From a virus (lineage: Duplodnaviria > Heunggongvirae > Uroviricota > Caudoviricetes): a stretch of 42,580 nucleotides of DNA. The notes beneath the pieces were generated by a model, which ran no database searches, was not told the origin of the DNA, and saw only the letters and a list, made by a program, of their open reading frames with translations. This document shows, piece after piece, positions 38,012 through 42,580 of the stretch. The stretch covers positions 1-42,580 of IMG/VR virus record IMGVR_UViG_3300012344_000014; one strand, given 5' to 3'. A program made the position numbers and the translations under genes. Numbering within the stretch: position 1 is the stretch's first letter; each line of letters starts with the position of its first letter.

Positions 38012-39091
38012 ATGGATGGATTTTCCTACAATGGGATTCACAGTGACGCGATGGGAGTTGGATTCGCTCCGGCAGCCGACTCCAGACAGCGGAAATAGGC
38101 GGCATATGAAGTCGCCAGCGATGAAATTACCGGCCGTGACGGCGGGTATTTTTATTTTACCCGGCTGAAGACGCGCGAGTTCTCTTTGCCGTGCTGGTTT
38201 GAAGAGATCACAATCAAGCAATGGGAGAAGATTAAGCACTGGCTTGACCGGAAAACAGAGGGGCGGCTGATATTCGACGACGCGCCGTTTATGTATTATA
38301 ATGTGCGCCCAACAAAGGCGGTTACATACAAAATCTACCCGGCAGACAAGGGACGCATCAGCGGCACATTCACCGTGACGTTTACGGCCTACGACCCGTG
38401 CGGATATCTGCTTTATGACAGGTTGGATGTGGCAAATGACGACTGCCTGAAGGCGGCTGAATACTGCGATATGCTCACGCCCGCGTTGATGCCCGAAACG
38501 CCCAGCAAAAACACAAACGACTTTCTTCTATACAACTGTGGGACGGAGCCGTGCGACACGCGCATTTGTATTTCTGGCCTGATAAACGACAAGGTGCAGA
38601 TTCGCAACGCAGCGAACAACCAGGTCTGCACACTGGTGCCGCTGGAAGGCTATCAGCGGATGCCAGTGGACGATAATAATGCCGGGTCTTATCTGGAGAT
38701 TGACAGCCAGTATGGATCAGTGAAGCTGCTGGGGCTTGGTTCGCCGACGTTTGCGTTCGGCTACCATGACGACGGCTTCATTAAGCTGGAGCCTGCGAAC
38801 CTGGAGCGCGACGGTGTTACCGCAACCACCACGGAAGACAGCAACGTTGTGGCGGTGGCAGGAGTGACACTGGACGAGAGTTATGCCGGGCGGTATATTT
38901 GGGTTGAGAGCGCATGGCGAAAAATCCTCAACGTAAAGCTGGCAGACGGCGCGAATAGCGTTGTGATCGACACGAAGGCCGCGACCTCTTCCATGGCGGA
39001 GACAATGATCGCAACGCTGAACCGGATACAGATTACCGGATTCAGCAAAATGGAAAAACTTGAAGTTGAATACAAACCGAAAATTTTATAA
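38012..39091 (+). CDS. Distal tail (Dit-like) protein, 359 aa, with in-frame TAG at codon 29 (38096-38098)
   Basis: AAAGGAG RBS; MDGFSYNGIHS...ITGRDGGYF...REFSL is a Dit-type N-terminus, in frame with ORF 38186-39091. Confidence 0.85.
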
Positions 39092-39109
39092 GGAAGGAGC
39101 TAAGCGATA

Positions 39110-42100
39110 ATGAAACGTGTATCTCTTTCCGTTTATGATTATAAGCACAGAAAGCTTTGCGACCTGTACGACTCGGAGGTGCAGGCTGAGGGGCAGGCAT
39201 ACGACATCGTATACAAAGAGGAACTGAACGGTTGGAAAGAGCTTTCCTTCAGTATCCCGCCGACCGGATTCCGGTGGCATTACATCAAGAGTGAGTACCT
39301 GCTGCGGCTGAAAATCGGGACAGCCGAGGATTGGTTCATTATTCATGCGCCGAAGAAAATAAAGGGCGGCCGGTACACAGGGCAGGAGGTCAGCTGCTCC
39401 CATCTTTCTTCTATCTTGAAAACGAAGAACCTGTATCTGGCTTTTGACGATGAGAATGGTATCGGCACGGCGGACTACCTGCTGGGGCAGATTCTCGCGA
39501 ACACCGGCTGGAGCATCGGCACATGCGACACGTTCTACGAGCGGGACGGCTTCAGCGAAAGCGGTGAGAAAGTTGTCAAGCAGCGGTCGCTCAAGACGGA
39601 GAGCAAAGTGGGCAGTTATCAGCTGATCAATGAGCTATGCGGCCTGTTCAACGCCTATCCTGTATTCCACGGCGATACAAAAACGGTCGACCTGCACGCG
39701 CTGAACGACCGGGACATTATGGAAACGCGGGAGCTTTACATCGGCAAGAACCTCGATTCGCTCTCGGTGGAATATGACTCGGAAAGCATTGTGACCCGGC
39801 TGTACGTGGAGGGCGAATACGGCGACTACGGCTATGTGGGCATTGACGACGTAAACCCGACGGGGCTGAGCTACCTGCTGAACTTTGATTATTACAAAGA
39901 AATCGGCGTGTTCACAGACGAGCACCAGAAGGCGCTGGACACTTATCTTGCAAACATGAAAGAAGCCACGGACAAGATCATGGCGAAGACGACCGAGATC
40001 AACGAGAAAGAGACGGAGCTGAATGGCCTCTGGGGACAGATCCCCTACGTGATCTACAAGGTGGAGAACGGCCAGATCGTTAACGACAGCGCGGGAAACC
40101 CGGCGGCTGTATATGGCGGGGGCGCGACGCTGGAAGACCGCGACCTGAAACAGGGCGACAGTATTATTGTTCTTTATACGGCGAAGCGGGACGGTGTGGT
40201 GGAAGACACTCCGGTGGCGCAATGCGCGTATGAAACTGTAGACGACAACAAGGAATTTGACATCCCGACCGGTTCGACTTATATACTGAAATACGCGAGC
40301 AAAGCCAAATCGAACAGTCTGGTTGGTGCGAAGGAATGCGCGATCGAGGCGAAACTGAAGCGGCTGGAAACGATCACGAAGAAATACGAAGACCCGAACA
40401 CGAGCGAGAGCGCGAAGAAGGAATTCGAAAAAGAGATCACATCCATCCGCGCGGAGCTGGCAAAAATCCGATTCGGCGTGGAGGCGCAACCGGCACAGGA
40501 TGCGACGGAGGACCAGGAGGCCATCCCGGCGCAGGAAGCGATCGAGGGGCTTTACAGTATGGTACATCGTGCGGTGGCGCTGGCGCTTGAGATCGACAAG
40601 CTGAAGAACGACGGCGCGGACAGCCAGGCCGGCCTTTTGCAGACGCAGGCGCAAATTGAAGCAAACTTCATGAACGCGATGGGCGACATGCTCAAGGACG
40701 GATACTGGTCGGACAGCAACTATACGGTAGGGCAGGAACGGTTCCTCTACGAGGACGCGGTCGACGTAATGAAGCAGGTGAGCCGGCCTTCCGTGTCTTA
40801 CACGATGTCGCTGGTGCCGCTTTCGGAAGCGATGGGCTACAAAGAAGGAAACCTGACGCTGAACTGCCGGGCGCGGGTTTATGACACGGAGCTGGGTGTG
40901 AACGATATCGTCTATGTAAAAACGGTTACGCGTTATCTGGACGACCCGAGCAGGGACTCGGCGGAGGTTTCGAACGAAGATGTGCTGATGTCCGGCAAGA
41001 CATTCGATAGTGTGCTGAGCCGCATCACCCGCCTGTCTGACATGGTATATCAGAAGAACAGCCTGTACAGCCGCGCCGGGGCGATTAATGGGGATGGCTC
41101 CATTGCGATCGACCGGCTGGAAGGACAGCTGGATATCCTGAAGAATAAACTGCTCTTCTCCCGCTCCGGCTGGTACACGGACGACAACGGCAATATCATT
41201 CTGGAATCGGCGACCGGACAGAGCGCGATGTTGCTGAGCGGCGAAGGGCTGATGATCGCCTACGGCAAAGACGATGAAGGTAACTGGAACTGGCGCACCT
41301 GCGGCACCGGCGAAGGGCTTGTGGCGGACACGATTACGACGGGTTTCTTAAGCTCCGACAGGATTCGGGCGGGCAGCATCACGGCAAATAAGCTGGCCTC
41401 AGACGTGGGGCAGAGCCTTGATCTGAGCAGCAACAAATCCATTACGATGATCGTTGAGGATGTAATCCCGAAAGCAATCGAATCGATGACCGACCTGTTT
41501 GGCGTGACGCTGACGCTCACCGCTGACAACGGCATCTATCTGGACAATATTCTGACACAGACCACGATCACCCCGATGGTGACACGCAACGGCGCGAACA
41601 TCACCAACAGCCTGGGCGCGGAAGCTTTCGCATGGACGCGAAAAACCTACAGGACTTACGAAATGGAAATTGGCCTGCGCGCCGGCGGGATTAGTTCGGC
41701 GAACGGCGAAGACGTGAACCCGGACGAAGAAAGCGTCACGGCGGCTACAACTGCTTACTGCAACGTGTATTATCCCATCGCCGAGTATCGGATTGGAATT
41801 ACGCCGATTGAAGGATTAAAGTACGCGATATACGGCTACGACGACAGCAACAAATATCTTGGCTGGACGGGGTGGACGATCGGCAGAAGCTATACACTGC
41901 CGGCGGGGACGACAAGAGTCCGGTTCAGTCTTGGGTTTGAGGACGAGCGCGACATCACGGACGAAAACATCTCTTCGCTCAAGAAAGTCGTGAACGTGAC
42001 GGAACTGGCGAAAACGGACGAAATGTGGCGGCCGAAACATCCGGCGGGGGATCCGTACAGCATTGTGTTGACAAACGAGGATGTAGACTTCCACGCAGTG

Positions 42101-42580
42101 TTCAGCTGTAAGCTGGAATACACGACGGTTGGAACATATTTCGATATTGACCACAACAATGAGCTTTCCTACTATCGTTCCGGTGACTACAAGGGTGGCG
42201 AATTTGCCATCGAAGACGGTCAGTTGGTGGTTTACAGCGCGGGTAAGATTCAATATTCTATCGACGGCTCCGATCTCTACACGGATACATTGGGAGAAAT
42301 CCACAGCGTCGAAACAAATATGACGATCGTCGACCGGACAGACGACACGTATAACGCGGAAATCCTCAGCCAGACGCGCTCCAATTTTGAAGTGCTCTCG
42401 GCCAAGATTAACTCCGAAGTGGCGACATTGGACGATCGGCTCTCCTCCCGCATTGAGCAGACGACAACCAGCATCACGCAGACCTTCACGGAGCAGGCGG
42501 AGGAAATGGACGGGCGACTCGGATCACTGGAAACCTATATCCGCACAGATGCGAGCGGCATGGAAATTGGCAAATCGAAC
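39110..42580 (+). CDS. Large minor tail protein (prophage endopeptidase/Tal-like), >1150 aa, truncated by the window end
   Basis: AAGGAG RBS; frame open to the end; EELNGWKELSF, IGKNLDSLSVEYDSESIVTRLYVEG and WNWRTCGTGEGLVADTITTG are typical of Bacillota phage tail proteins. Confidence 0.8.
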   Translation, partial: MKRVSLSVYDYKHRKLCDLYDSEVQAEGQAYDIVYKEELNGWKELSFSIPPTGFRWHYIKSEYLLRLKIGTAEDWFIIHAPKKIKGGRYTGQEVSCSHLSSILKTKNLYLAFDDENGIGTADYLLGQILANTGWSIGTCDTFYERDGFSESGEKVVKQRSLKTESKVGSYQLINELCGLFNAYPVFHGDTKTVDLHALNDRDIMETRELYIGKNLDSLSVEYDSESIVTRLYVEGEYGDYGYVGIDDVNPTGLSYLLNFDYYKEIGVFTDEHQKALDTYLANMKEATDKIMAKTTEINEKETELNGLWGQIPYVIYKVENGQIVNDSAGNPAAVYGGGATLEDRDLKQGDSIIVLYTAKRDGVVEDTPVAQCAYETVDDNKEFDIPTGSTYILKYASKAKSNSLVGAKECAIEAKLKRLETITKKYEDPNTSESAKKEFEKEITSIRAELAKIRFGVEAQPAQDATEDQEAIPAQEAIEGLYSMVHRAVALALEIDKLKNDGADSQAGLLQTQAQIEANFMNAMGDMLKDGYWSDSNYTVGQERFLYEDAVDVMKQVSRPSVSYTMSLVPLSEAMGYKEGNLTLNCRARVYDTELGVNDIVYVKTVTRYLDDPSRDSAEVSNEDVLMSGKTFDSVLSRITRLSDMVYQKNSLYSRAGAINGDGSIAIDRLEGQLDILKNKLLFSRSGWYTDDNGNIILESATGQSAMLLSGEGLMIAYGKDDEGNWNWRTCGTGEGLVADTITTGFLSSDRIRAGSITANKLASDVGQSLDLSSNKSITMIVEDVIPKAIESMTDLFGVTLTLTADNGIYLDNILTQTTITPMVTRNGANITNSLGAEAFAWTRKTYRTYEMEIGLRAGGISSANGEDVNPDEESVTAATTAYCNVYYPIAEYRIGITPIEGLKYAIYGYDDSNKYLGWTGWTIGRSYTLPAGTTRVRFSLGFEDERDITDENISSLKKVVNVTELAKTDEMWRPKHPAGDPYSIVLTNEDVDFHAVFSCKLEYTTVGTYFDIDHNNELSYYRSGDYKGGEFAIEDGQLVVYSAGKIQYSIDGSDLYTDTLGEIHSVETNMTIVDRTDDTYNAEILSQTRSNFEVLSAKINSEVATLDDRLSSRIEQTTTSITQTFTEQAEEMDGRLGSLETYIRTDASGMEIGKSN

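Noticed and set aside
23985..38098. Reading the TAG-interrupted tail genes as pseudogenes of a decayed prophage
   Set aside because: Every interruption is TAG (never TAA/TGA or an unexplained frameshift), a CUA tRNA is encoded, and TAG is conserved at the same codon in paralogs.
39635..42489. Minus-strand and alternative-frame ORFs within the last tail gene
   Set aside because: Shadows of the uninterrupted plus-strand frame from 39110, which the ORF track omits because it has no stop in the window.

Overview
This window is part of a large tailed dsDNA phage or prophage genome. The sigmaA-type promoters and GGAGG RBSs suggest a Bacillota host, and the head-tail gene order is SPbeta-like. From left to right: a leftward early-gene cluster (1-3926); a ~1.4 kb non-coding purine-repeat/palindrome region; an AEP primase-like replication gene; regulators; an NlpC/P60 endolysin; a tRNA cluster (11.9-14 kb); and a head-neck-tail module that runs off the right edge (metallophosphoesterase, terminase, portal, protease/scaffold, capsid, connectors, major tail protein, tail chaperones with a -1 frameshift, tape measure, distal tail, large tail protein). 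The main finding is apparent reassignment of TAG to leucine rather than the glutamine known from code-15 phages. I count 18 in-frame TAGs in 11 genes. The phage encodes a CUA-anticodon tRNA with Leu-type features. In paralogous proteins within the window the internal TAGs align with I/V/L/F. Reading TAG as sense also reveals six hidden small membrane-protein genes, each with a TAG in its first 10 codons. Also present: three ORF-less group I introns in tail genes, and a repeated GCGCT-ACAGCAA RNA module that carries anticodon-like hairpins and, circularly permuted, interrupts one tRNA. All calls are from reading the sequence by eye; no database searches were run.
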